A stretch of DNA of 64,000 nucleotides from a virus (taxonomy: Duplodnaviria; Caudoviricetes), in IMG/VR virus record IMGVR_UViG_3300043395_002393, positions 459 through 64,458 of that record, one strand, 5' to 3'. The number at the start of each line of letters is the position of its first letter. Positions within the stretch are counted from its first letter, which is position 1. A program made the translations under genes and the position numbers. This document shows, piece after piece, positions 36,031 to 45,694 of the stretch. The notes beneath the pieces are model-generated. The model had not been told where the DNA came from. It ran no database searches and worked only from the letters and a program-made list of their open reading frames with translations.

Positions 36031-39000
36031 ATGCCTCGCATCCCTTTCTCGGATCTCGCATCCGCCCCGGAGTTCCGGTCGCTCCTGCTCGAAGAGCAGC
36101 AGACTGTCGCGTCGAACTACTGGGACGAGGTCGCCGCGGAGCGCCCCGAAGCCGCGCAGTTCTTCACCGAGGTCCGCGACATGTCGAAGTCGCTGTTCGA
36201 TCTCAAGGCGCGGCGGAGCGATGCGGCCCCCATCCAGCGGCGCTTCCTCGACGCCGAGGTCCAAGACACCGCGTTCATGGTCTCTCTCGGGGAGGAGCTT
36301 GCCGCGGGAACGCTGACACCCGAAGGTCGGGACGAGGCGCTACGCCTCCGCGCCGCCGAGCAGGCGGACCACAAGGCTCGCATCGACAAGATGCGGGAGC
36401 TGACCAACCCGGAGGCGGCGGATCGCGTGGCCCCGCGTCTGGCCGGGCTGGAGCAGACGGCACTGGCCGGCGGAGTCTTCGGATCGACACCGTTCAACCA
36501 ACGGTTCATGGATGCTACGACCGACGCGGACTCGGTCGGCACGAGCCGCCAAGCCTACGAGGCGCTGCGCAGCCAGATGACTGAAGACTACGGTCTGGAG
36601 CCGGGCGAAGTGGACGATCTCATCAAGCACCGGCTCGGGTTCCAAGAGAAGCCGGTGAGCCGCGACGCCCTCGGCGTCCCGCACATCAAGCCGGAGGTCC
36701 TGGCGCAAGGCCCGGACGCCGTGAAGTCGGCGATCCTCAACTCCGACCTCCCGTGGCGCGAGAAGCAGCGGATGACCGAGTCGTCCGATCTGCGCGAGAG
36801 GATGGGGAGCTACTACCAGTCCACCTTGGAGCGCGTGAAGCAGGACCACCCGGAACTCGCCGGGCAGCTCGGTCTCGACACCGTGGACGACCCGCAGGCG
36901 GGCTACGCCGCGCTGGTGTCTTCGCTCAACCAGACGGGTTTCTCCAAGCTCGCGAGCGGTTTCACCGCCAACATCCTCGGAGCCGCGGAGGAAATCGTCC
37001 CGCGGGTCTTGGCTGGCGAACGCGCAGGGGCGGAAGAGCGGCGGCAGGAGATCCGCGAAACGATGCAGCCGACCCGCCGCGCCATCGAGTCGGCCAACCA
37101 GCTCTCGCAGGAGTTCTACGCGGACCAAGGCACTCTGTGGGGCGTGGACATGTCCTCGTTCGGGCAGGGTCTCGGCAGCGTTCTGTCGGCGACCGGCTTG
37201 GGAGTTCTCACCGGTGGCGCCAGCCTGCCCGTGAGCGCCGCCCGCGTCGCCACCATGGGGCCGACCGGTCTGCGGATGCTCAACGGCGCGAACAGCGTGC
37301 TGCGGGCGTCACCGGGCATCGGGCTCGCCATGGCGCAGACCGGCACCTCGACCTACGAGCAGGCGATCAAGTCCGGCATGTCCGAAGAGGAGGCTGGCAA
37401 AGCTGCAACGCTGTCGGCCGCCACCGAGGGCGTCATCACCGGGTTGTTCAGCCTTGTGGGCGCGGGCGGTGTGGAAGCCGTCGGCGAGCAGCTTGTGGGC
37501 ACCGCAGCCCGTCAGGCCGCCCGCGACAGCGCCAAGAGCGTTGCCCGGACCTTCGGCGAGAAGGTCGGCAAGGGGCTTCTCGGCGAGCAGTTCGAGGAGA
37601 ACCTCATCACCGCGTTCGATGCGGCCACCGTGCAGGCTCGCATCGACCCCACGATGACCGTGGACGACTTCAAGAACCAGCTTCGCGAGACGGCGCTGGT
37701 CACGCTCGCGGTGTCCGGCCCGACCGTGACGGCCGGCTCGCTGCGGGAGACTCTGGCCGAGAAGGCCACCTACGAACAAAGCACCGATGAAATCAAACTC
37801 CGAGCAGACCTCAACCTCGCTGAAGCCTCCGACCCCCTCCGCACCGCCGTCCGCCGCGAAGGTGGGATCGGAACGACCGTCGGCGAGCGGCTTCGACGAG
37901 CGGCAACTCAGCCAGGCGAGGCAAATCTTCCACCCGCCGGGCAAGCCGCGGCCGACACCACGGAAGACGGCGGAGCACCTGCTCCAGGAGCACTTGAACC
38001 TGTCGCGCCGGGAGGCACGGAGCCTGTGGCTCCGGCTCCAGTCGGAGGCGAACAAGCTCCGGCAGTCGGAGGAGCTGAAGTGCCCGGAGTGCGGACTGGA
38101 GGAGCCTCCGAGCCCGTGCTGGTGCCAGCAGATGCCGTGAACGAAACACCGGTTCGTGCAACACAAACCGGTTTGAGGGACACAGGTGAGAGACAAACTT
38201 CCGGGTTCTCGAAGCTCCGCAAAGCCGTGGGCGCGAACACCCGACTTCAAGGAGATGTTTTCGGTGACAAGATCGGATTCTCCACCAAAAAGACCGGGGA
38301 CGAGCCCGGTGTCGAGATGACCTTGGTGCCCGACGAAGAAGACCCGAACCGTGCGACCCTGGATGCCATCATCACGCCGCAAGCGGAGCGTCAAAAAGGT
38401 GCGGCGACCGAGGCGATGCAGAAGCTCACCAAGGAAGCGGACGCGGCGGGGGTCACGCTGGACTTGGATGTCCAACCGCAGCGACTTGTCCCCGAGGGGG
38501 AGACGCCGCCGATGTCCGCCGAACAGCTCAAAGACTGGTATCGCCGTTTCGGGTTCCGGTTCGCGGAAGATTCAAATCGCGGTGTCCGGCTTTCGGATTC
38601 TGAGCTCCAGAAGGCTTGGGGTGAAACTCTTCCTGCCTACACGGGGGATCTGAACACGCTCCCGGACGACCGGAACTTCTCCGACAACCAGACTCTCCGC
38701 GATGTGTTCGAGGAGAATCCCGCCAATTTTGAGGAAGGTCAGACCTACTTTGCCGAGTCGGTGTTCACGGTCCAAGACGGCAAACTCAAACGCCATCGCG
38801 GAGTCGCCGCCGATTACAACTACCGGACCAAGAAGTTCGGTCTTCGCAGAGTCGAGGACGTGGTTCCCGAGCCGCCGTCTCAGGTGTTCCACGCCGGACC
38901 TTCCAAGTTCACCCCTGAGAGCGTCCAGTTCGACAAGGGCGCGATCGGGTTTCACGCGGGCACTCGCGACCAAGCGGAGTTCGTCGCGTCCGGGAAAACC

Positions 39001-42000
39001 GGCAAGAAGCAAGGCACCATCTCCGAGTTCTCCGTGCAGGAGACTTCGGACGACGGGCAACTCCAAACGGAGACGGTGACGACCGACATGCCGTGGGAGC
39101 AGCCGGACGCGCTGCTCGCTGAACTTGTTCATCAGGGTCTCATCAACCCCGACGAGGCGACTACCTTGGTCGGGACGTGGGACATCTCGGACGAGCACAA
39201 GAACGCGGCGATGGCTGCGATCGGCAAAGCGGCTCGCATGTTCGGCAATCCCGAATTCGCCACGTTGGACGAACCCATCGGGGAGTTCTACACGAACCCC
39301 GGCACCTACCGCAACCGCGAGAAACTCGACCAAGTCCGCGAGCTTCTCATCGAAAGCGGGGTCGGTGCGATCCGCTATCCAAACGATGTCGAGGGAACTG
39401 AACCTGGCGAGTCTGTCGCGGTGCTCGACAAGCGAATGTTCTTCCGAACCACAACCCCAACAACCAATGAAGAAGTCCAAGTCGAAGAAGCAGGTGGGCT
39501 ACCTCCTGTCGAAGGGCAGCCCGCTGTCCAAGGCCCAGCAGTCCAAGCTGAAGAAGGAGCTGCACAGCGGCAAGGTGAAGGTGCGCAAGAAGTGACGGAA
39601 CCGCCGGCGGAGGCGCTGCCCGAGCCGGAGCCGAACATGGACGAGGTCTTCGCCACCTTGCGCGAACGGGAACCGACGACTCGCCGGATCAACACCAGCT
39701 CACCGAAGTTCCGGGAGCTGGTCACCGAGTTGAAGAACCAGCGAGCTGCTGCGGCGGCCGGCGGTCTGGCGCAGCGGAAGGCGGACATCGTGACTCAGCG
39801 CAAAGAGATCGAGCAAGCCCGGATCGACCGCAACAAAGAGCGGCTCAAACGCAACCGAGAACGTGCCAAAAATCGACCTCTGGACGAGCATCGGAAGCGG
39901 ATCATCGAACTTACGAAAGACGAGAGGTTCCCGGAGGGTCGGAACCCGGACTATGAAGGGGGTTTGCGTGAATGGCTCCGTGAGCGTGGTTACGACGCCA
40001 GCATCAAGAAAAAGGGTTTCCTCGACGGACTACTCGGCTATGTGACGCCTTTGCGAGTGGACAAGCGGGATCGCCTCGACGCCCTCCGCGCCACGTTGAC
40101 GCCGGAGGTCCGGGAGCTGTTGAATGCGATCTATCAGAAGCCGGAGAAAGGGAAGGAACAGATTCCGATCATCGAAGCCTTCGCCAACACCACGATCGGC
40201 GCAGCCATCTTGGAGAATAAGCTCCGCAGCCTCAAATGGTACCGTGATCGAAAACTTCCGGCACCTGGTGAATACGACATGCTGGAGGACGCAGACATCC
40301 CCGGCCACATTCAGAGTCGAGTGTTCTCTGAAAATGGTCTGACTCCAGACGTGCTTGCCAAAAACATCGCAGTCCAGAGTGAGAAAGAGGGGGGCAGTCT
40401 GAATCCTTCGGCTGAAGACATCTGGCGTGCGGTTCTCGATCTCGCGGACGGGAAAGTCACCACCGAAGAGGACGCGGAGTCCTACTACGAACGCAAGCAG
40501 CAGCAAGAGGAAGACGCAACCGTGGCTTTTGCCGAGCAGCAGCTCGAACTCGCCGGATCGGAGAACTCGCAGGTCATCGACATCACCGAGGTTCGCGAGG
40601 GCGACCGCTTCACGATCGGCGGCGTCGAATACGTGGCGGCCCAGGTCGAGGACTCGGAAGGTCTGACGGACAGCTTCGTGCTGAAGGGCGACGGCCCGCT
40701 CAATCGGACCTCCGTCACTTCCGACTTCTTCGCCGAAAGCGTTGTACCTACCGAAGGCTCCCTGGTCGGCGTTGACCCGGCGGAGGTGGAAGCATTCCGC
40801 ATCACCCAAAACGACCCGGAGTTCTACAACGAGGCGGAGCCTGCGCCCGCACCTGAGTCTGCACCTGAACCAGCTCCGGTAGCGCAAGAACAACCGGCCC
40901 CTCCACAAGCTCAAACGCCGGAGGCCCCGGAAACCCCGCAGCAGCAAGCCCCCGAGCCGGTTAAGGAAAAACCGCCGGAGGCTAAGGCAAAAGCAGAGCA
41001 ACCCATCGACGCCGTCGGCACCGCCAACGCGCTCACCGACCGGCTCCGTGCCAAACGTGGTCTGCCGCCGCGATTCGCGCCGGCCCGCCTTGGCAACGAG
41101 CAGGCGTGGGACGCGGCGATGGACCGGATCAACGCCGCCCCAGGCGTGGCGAGGAAGCTGGTGGACGAACTCAAGAAGTCGCTGCGGTCCATCGACCCGG
41201 TCGAAACCGCGATGTTCGCCCACGAAATGCTCGTTCGCGAGAACGCTCTCGATGACGCTCTCGACGCCTACAACGGCAATCCGACCGCGGAAAACCTCAA
41301 GAAGGTGCAGCTTGCCGAGACTTACCGGAATGAAGCCGTTCGGACGGCGGAGCAGATCGGCACCATCGAAGGCCGAGCCTTGCAGGCCCGCAAGATCCTC
41401 ATCCACCAGGACTTCTCCTTCGGCCGCATGGCGGCGATGAAGGTCAAGGCTCAAGGCGGCAAGGCGCTGACCGCGGACCAGACCAAGGAACTCGTCGAGT
41501 TGCACAAGCAGATGGAAGACGTGCGACGGCAGCTCGAAGCCGCCAACGCGAAGCTCGCCGAGCAGGAGGCGCAGCAGCTCACGCTGAACATCCAAGTCGA
41601 GTTCAAGAACGAGCTGAAGGCCGCCAAGAAGCGCGGCGAGAAGCCTCTCAGCTTCATCGAACGCAAGGCGGAGGAAGCCCGTGCCCGCATGGCTGCACGC
41701 AAGCAACAGGGTCGGTTGAACTCGCTCCCCGTGGACGAGTTCCTCGACATCTCCATCATCGGCGTCTCCTACATCGCCAAAGGCTTCAACACGATCGGCA
41801 CCTTCACGTCCCAACTGGTCAAGGATTTCGGTCGCAAGTATCTCCCCTTCGCCGGCGACATCTTCGCGAAGTCGCAGGAGCTTTACGACGCCGCGGCACC
41901 GTCGAGCCGGGTCAAGCCCAAGGAGGACATCCTGAACGCCATCGACGGCGACGCTCCTCTCGACGGCAAGGCGATCTACCAGCTCGTCCGGCACTACATC

Positions 42001-44877
42001 AACGAGGACGTGGAAGGAGCGACCTTCGACAACGTGATGGAGGCGGTGCTGCGGGACCTCAAGGAGTTCTACCCAGACCTCGATCGCCGGCAGCTCCACG
42101 TCGCCTACTCGAACTACGGCAAGGTCACCCAGCCAGATCCCGCGGAGGATGCGAAGAAGGCCCGCGACTACCGGGCGCTGGCTCGTCTCCAGTCGCAGCT
42201 CGAAGACGCCCAGCGCGGGCTCGCCCCGCTCAAGACGGGGATGCAGCGAGACCCCGCGGTCCAAGCAGTCCGCGACTTGGAGAAGCAGGTGCGTGACACG
42301 ATGAAGCGCCTCGGTATCAAGCCGACCAACGAGAACACCCAGCGCAAGAACCAGCTCGATGCCATCAAGACCCGGCTGCGCAATGAGTTCGAGGACCTCG
42401 ACAAAGCGGTGCGGAGCGGCACGCCGCGGCCGGCCTACCAGTCGCAGATCGAGTATGACGAGGAGGCCAAGCGGCTCAAGCAGATGCGCGACGACCGCAA
42501 GGCCGACTACGACGCGATCTTCTCGGCACCGGGGCTCACCCAGGAGCAGCATCTCGAACGCGCCGAGAAGCTGCTGGACCGCCGCATCGCGGAAGAGCGC
42601 AAGATGCTCGCGGAAGGCGTGCTCAAGCGCATCCGGGACGTGAAGATGGGTCCGTGGACCCCCGAGCTTCGGGCTCGCCAGCGGGAGCTGGATCAGCTCA
42701 AGGCCGATCGCCGCGAGCGACTGAAAGCCTCCAAGCCGAAGAAGCCGGAGGACCTCAAGAAATACGAGCGCGACTTGGCATCGCTGGAGCGCCGCATCAA
42801 GGAGGAAGAGGCGCTGCTCGCCGCGGGTCTCACCGCTCGCCAGAAGGACTTCCGCATGGGGCGCTGGAGCCCCGAGCTGGCCGAGATGCAAGTTCGTCTG
42901 GACGCCCTGCGGAACCAACGGCGCGAGCTGGCCAAGAGTCTCCGACCGAAGAAGGACGAGGCTGCGGCAGCCTACGAGAAGGCTGTCAAGGCGATCGAAG
43001 CGAGCGTCCAGCGGTACAAGGACATTCTCGCCGGCATCGCGAAGCCAGAAGCCGGGAAAAAATACACCCCGGACGCCGAGATGCTCGCGCTCATCGACCA
43101 GCGTGACGCGCTCCGGGATGCGGTCGCCGAGATGCGGGAGAGCGATCCGTCGCGCCGTGAGAAGCGCAAGCAGGATCTCATCCGGCAGCTCGACCGGTCC
43201 ATCGCCGAGATCACCCGCAAGATCCAGGACGGGGACCTCTCGACCAAGTCGAAGAGCGATCCTTTCGCGAGCGACCCGGACGTGGCCCGATTGCGCGAAG
43301 CACGGGACCTGCTCAACAAGACGGTCGCGGAGATGCGCCGGAACGCGCTACCCAAGCGCAGCCCCGAGGAGATCGCGATCAATCGTGATCGGAACATGCT
43401 CCAGCGCAAGATCGAGAAGCTCGAAACGCGCATCCGCACGAAGGACTACTCGAAGCCAGTGAAGGCTCCGAAGCCCGACTACGCCGAGCGGGACGCCCTG
43501 CTCAAGCGAAAGAAGGAGCTGGAGGCGCAGTTCAACGACGACCTACTCCAGGCCGAGCTGGCGAACCGCAGCCTCGGGAAGAAGATTTTCGACAACACCA
43601 CGGATGTCGTGTTCGGGGTGTCGCGAGCGATGCTCACCTCGTTCGACGCGGGCGCCTTCGGCCGCCAAGCCGGACTGGTCAACTTCATGCGCCCCGGTCT
43701 CGCCCTCAAGAACCTGCCGGCCAACTTCGCCTTCACCGAGAAGGCCGCGACCCGCTACGAGACGGCGTTGGAAAGCGACCCGCTGTTCGCCCGCGCCGAG
43801 GCCGCCAAGCTGGCGCTGACCACCTGGCGGCCGGGCAGCAGCCTGTCCGATCGCGAGGAGGTCTACCGCAGCCGCCTGGCGAAGAAGATCCCCGGCGTCG
43901 GTGCGTCCGAGCGTGCCTACGTCACCTACCTCAACGTGGTCCGATTCAGCTATTTCAACAAGCTGGTCGAGTCCCTGCCGGTGACCGAGCAGACCGAGGA
44001 AAACATGAAACGGATTGCATCTTTCGTGAACACGATGACGGGTCGTGGCAACCTCGGGAAGATGGAAGCCGCCGCGGCGGCGCTGGCTTCGGTGTTCTTC
44101 TCGCCGAAATACTGGTGGAGCCGCCTCCAGGTTCTCGGTGGGTTGGTCTACCACCCGCTCGACGCGCTGAGCGGCTTCCGCCTCGGTCCGAAGGAGACCG
44201 TCTCCGCCCGCAAGATCATCGCCGGCGAGTACGCCCGCCTGATCGGATCGGTCGGCTTGGTGTTCAGCCTGCTCGCGCTGGCCAAGTTCGGCTTCGGTTT
44301 CGACGATGACGAGTTCGAGGTGGTCGCCGATCCTCGCTCCAGCGACTTCGGCAAGATCAAGATCGGCAACACCCGCATCGACTTCATGGCGGGCTTGCTC
44401 CAGAACGTCGTCTTCATCTCGCGCATGGTGACCGGCGAGAAGGTTACCGCCGGCGGGGAGGTCAAGGCGATGTCGGGACCGGACGCCGGCTTCAAGGAGA
44501 CCCGTCTGGGCGAGACCATTCGCCTGCTGCGGACCAAGCTGTCTCCGGCCGCCGGGTCGATCGCCAATGCCCTCGACGGCGCCGACGTGGTCGGGAACAA
44601 GTTCAACTGGGAGACGGAGATTCTCGGTTCCTACATCCCGATGTCCGCTGCGGAAACCTACGCCTCGATGCGGGAGCTGGGGATCGCCCCAGGCGTTGCG
44701 GCCGGCCTGCTCGGCTTCATCGGTTACAGCGCCAACACCTACGGCGGCGAGGAGGAAGCCAACATCGAGCAGGACATCATGACCGGCGTGTTCGGCGTGG
44801 ACCAGTCCCGCTACGAGAAGGAGGAGCGGGAGACGGTCTACAAGCTGCCGAAGGCGAAGCCCCTACCGTCGTTCTAA
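36031..44877 (+). CDS. Giant ejection / large polyvalent protein, 2948 aa (GNAT-like, ADP-ribosyltransferase-like, helical repeats, LPD-like C-terminus)
   Basis: ERQKGAATEAMQ..LKDWYRRFGF (GNAT); VFHAG..GFHAGT..IRYPNDVEG..SVAVLD (PolyVal ART-like); DPRSSDFGKIKIGNTRID at the C-terminus. Confidence 0.8.
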   Translation: MPRIPFSDLASAPEFRSLLLEEQQTVASNYWDEVAAERPEAAQFFTEVRDMSKSLFDLKARRSDAAPIQRRFLDAEVQDTAFMVSLGEELAAGTLTPEGRDEALRLRAAEQADHKARIDKMRELTNPEAADRVAPRLAGLEQTALAGGVFGSTPFNQRFMDATTDADSVGTSRQAYEALRSQMTEDYGLEPGEVDDLIKHRLGFQEKPVSRDALGVPHIKPEVLAQGPDAVKSAILNSDLPWREKQRMTESSDLRERMGSYYQSTLERVKQDHPELAGQLGLDTVDDPQAGYAALVSSLNQTGFSKLASGFTANILGAAEEIVPRVLAGERAGAEERRQEIRETMQPTRRAIESANQLSQEFYADQGTLWGVDMSSFGQGLGSVLSATGLGVLTGGASLPVSAARVATMGPTGLRMLNGANSVLRASPGIGLAMAQTGTSTYEQAIKSGMSEEEAGKAATLSAATEGVITGLFSLVGAGGVEAVGEQLVGTAARQAARDSAKSVARTFGEKVGKGLLGEQFEENLITAFDAATVQARIDPTMTVDDFKNQLRETALVTLAVSGPTVTAGSLRETLAEKATYEQSTDEIKLRADLNLAEASDPLRTAVRREGGIGTTVGERLRRAATQPGEANLPPAGQAAADTTEDGGAPAPGALEPVAPGGTEPVAPAPVGGEQAPAVGGAEVPGVRTGGASEPVLVPADAVNETPVRATQTGLRDTGERQTSGFSKLRKAVGANTRLQGDVFGDKIGFSTKKTGDEPGVEMTLVPDEEDPNRATLDAIITPQAERQKGAATEAMQKLTKEADAAGVTLDLDVQPQRLVPEGETPPMSAEQLKDWYRRFGFRFAEDSNRGVRLSDSELQKAWGETLPAYTGDLNTLPDDRNFSDNQTLRDVFEENPANFEEGQTYFAESVFTVQDGKLKRHRGVAADYNYRTKKFGLRRVEDVVPEPPSQVFHAGPSKFTPESVQFDKGAIGFHAGTRDQAEFVASGKTGKKQGTISEFSVQETSDDGQLQTETVTTDMPWEQPDALLAELVHQGLINPDEATTLVGTWDISDEHKNAAMAAIGKAARMFGNPEFATLDEPIGEFYTNPGTYRNREKLDQVRELLIESGVGAIRYPNDVEGTEPGESVAVLDKRMFFRTTTPTTNEEVQVEEAGGLPPVEGQPAVQGPAVQAEEGAAQRQGEGAQEVTEPPAEALPEPEPNMDEVFATLREREPTTRRINTSSPKFRELVTELKNQRAAAAAGGLAQRKADIVTQRKEIEQARIDRNKERLKRNRERAKNRPLDEHRKRIIELTKDERFPEGRNPDYEGGLREWLRERGYDASIKKKGFLDGLLGYVTPLRVDKRDRLDALRATLTPEVRELLNAIYQKPEKGKEQIPIIEAFANTTIGAAILENKLRSLKWYRDRKLPAPGEYDMLEDADIPGHIQSRVFSENGLTPDVLAKNIAVQSEKEGGSLNPSAEDIWRAVLDLADGKVTTEEDAESYYERKQQQEEDATVAFAEQQLELAGSENSQVIDITEVREGDRFTIGGVEYVAAQVEDSEGLTDSFVLKGDGPLNRTSVTSDFFAESVVPTEGSLVGVDPAEVEAFRITQNDPEFYNEAEPAPAPESAPEPAPVAQEQPAPPQAQTPEAPETPQQQAPEPVKEKPPEAKAKAEQPIDAVGTANALTDRLRAKRGLPPRFAPARLGNEQAWDAAMDRINAAPGVARKLVDELKKSLRSIDPVETAMFAHEMLVRENALDDALDAYNGNPTAENLKKVQLAETYRNEAVRTAEQIGTIEGRALQARKILIHQDFSFGRMAAMKVKAQGGKALTADQTKELVELHKQMEDVRRQLEAANAKLAEQEAQQLTLNIQVEFKNELKAAKKRGEKPLSFIERKAEEARARMAARKQQGRLNSLPVDEFLDISIIGVSYIAKGFNTIGTFTSQLVKDFGRKYLPFAGDIFAKSQELYDAAAPSSRVKPKEDILNAIDGDAPLDGKAIYQLVRHYINEDVEGATFDNVMEAVLRDLKEFYPDLDRRQLHVAYSNYGKVTQPDPAEDAKKARDYRALARLQSQLEDAQRGLAPLKTGMQRDPAVQAVRDLEKQVRDTMKRLGIKPTNENTQRKNQLDAIKTRLRNEFEDLDKAVRSGTPRPAYQSQIEYDEEAKRLKQMRDDRKADYDAIFSAPGLTQEQHLERAEKLLDRRIAEERKMLAEGVLKRIRDVKMGPWTPELRARQRELDQLKADRRERLKASKPKKPEDLKKYERDLASLERRIKEEEALLAAGLTARQKDFRMGRWSPELAEMQVRLDALRNQRRELAKSLRPKKDEAAAAYEKAVKAIEASVQRYKDILAGIAKPEAGKKYTPDAEMLALIDQRDALRDAVAEMRESDPSRREKRKQDLIRQLDRSIAEITRKIQDGDLSTKSKSDPFASDPDVARLREARDLLNKTVAEMRRNALPKRSPEEIAINRDRNMLQRKIEKLETRIRTKDYSKPVKAPKPDYAERDALLKRKKELEAQFNDDLLQAELANRSLGKKIFDNTTDVVFGVSRAMLTSFDAGAFGRQAGLVNFMRPGLALKNLPANFAFTEKAATRYETALESDPLFARAEAAKLALTTWRPGSSLSDREEVYRSRLAKKIPGVGASERAYVTYLNVVRFSYFNKLVESLPVTEQTEENMKRIASFVNTMTGRGNLGKMEAAAAALASVFFSPKYWWSRLQVLGGLVYHPLDALSGFRLGPKETVSARKIIAGEYARLIGSVGLVFSLLALAKFGFGFDDDEFEVVADPRSSDFGKIKIGNTRIDFMAGLLQNVVFISRMVTGEKVTAGGEVKAMSGPDAGFKETRLGETIRLLRTKLSPAAGSIANALDGADVVGNKFNWETEILGSYIPMSAAETYASMRELGIAPGVAAGLLGFIGYSANTYGGEEEANIEQDIMTGVFGVDQSRYEKEERETVYKLPKAKPLPSF
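37787..38140 (+). CDS. Nested out-of-frame gene in the giant ORF, 117 aa, ending CPEC..CWC
   Basis: Alternative frame is GC3-rich where the main frame turns A/T-ending; AC-rich leader. Confidence 0.55.
   Translation: MKSNSEQTSTSLKPPTPSAPPSAAKVGSERPSASGFDERQLSQARQIFHPPGKPRPTPRKTAEHLLQEHLNLSRREARSLWLRLQSEANKLRQSEELKCPECGLEEPPSPCWCQQMP
39467..39595 (+). CDS. Nested out-of-frame basic peptide MKKSKSKKQVGYLLSKGSPLSKAQQSKLKKELHSGKVKVRKK
   Basis: All sense codons end in G/C; leader CCGAACCACAACCCCAACAACCA like other genes of this phage. Confidence 0.8.
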   Translation: MKKSKSKKQVGYLLSKGSPLSKAQQSKLKKELHSGKVKVRKK

Positions 44878-45080
44878 AGGAACCCCAGCTCGGCGAATGT
44901 GTAGGTCATGGACAGCCCGCTCACCGGATCGGAGACTTTCACGATCCGGCGCTTGAGATTCACCTCCATCACGAGCCCGTCGGTCGGCATCGCGTGGGCT
45001 TTGACGAAGACCATCGCCGCCTCCTTGATGATCTCCTGGGCCTCCGAGCCGTAGGCTTGGGGTTTGATGTAGTAGCCCAT
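44874..45080 (-). CDS. Hypothetical protein, 68 aa
   Basis: Last gene of the leftward operon, convergent with the giant gene. Confidence 0.65.
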   Translation of the reverse strand: MGYYIKPQAYGSEAQEIIKEAAMVFVKAHAMPTDGLVMEVNLKRRIVKVSDPVSGLSMTYTFAELGFL

Positions 45081-45694
45081 CAGGTTTCAAGTGAGGCGAG
45101 GGCGGATTCGGCCCATTCCATGCAATCGTCAACGCAGCCTTTGGCGTCGGCATCGGGGTGCAGTCGGATCGTCTCGTCTTGCGCCCGATCCCGAATGTCC
45201 CTCAGCGTCTCGGCCAGCCGGTCCCGCTGGTCCCGCACCTCGGCGAGTTGGCGGAGAGCGTCCTCCAGCCTTTCCGGTGCGACCCAAAATCCGCCGCACT
45301 TTTGGCACTCATGGCGGCACTTACGCATTTCATCGTGCGGCGTCGGTCGCTGCCCGAACATCAGCGCGAACTTGTCCGCCGGCTTCGGCGCGATGCGGTC
45401 CAGCTCCCGCGCCATCGCGGCCCGTTCCTCCGCGGTCGGCGGCGGGCCTTCGAGGTTGTTCGGGTCTTTCACGGCTTCGATGTAGAAACCCATCCCCTCG
45501 GGCCAACGGTCTTCGCGGATGGTCCATTTGTGAGGGTATCCGGTCTTCGCGCTGGATTCGGCGGACACAGCACTGGCGTAGGTGGTCGCCTGGCCATCGT
45601 CGCAGCGCCAACCCTCTCCACGGTATTCCCAGCGGGAGAAGCCGTCAGGGACAGGCGGGAGCGGCGGGAGAAAATTGGGGATTTCGGTGTTCAC
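45080..45694 (-). CDS. Hypothetical protein, 204 aa
   Basis: Coupled ORF; CxxC and coiled coil. Confidence 0.65.
   Translation of the reverse strand: MNTEIPNFLPPLPPVPDGFSRWEYRGEGWRCDDGQATTYASAVSAESSAKTGYPHKWTIREDRWPEGMGFYIEAVKDPNNLEGPPPTAEERAAMARELDRIAPKPADKFALMFGQRPTPHDEMRKCRHECQKCGGFWVAPERLEDALRQLAEVRDQRDRLAETLRDIRDRAQDETIRLHPDADAKGCVDDCMEWAESALASLET

Noticed and set aside
40835-41000. Third nested gene in the P/E-rich linker of the giant ORF
   Set aside because: The alternative frame hits stops (TAG near 40880) and lacks a start or leader.
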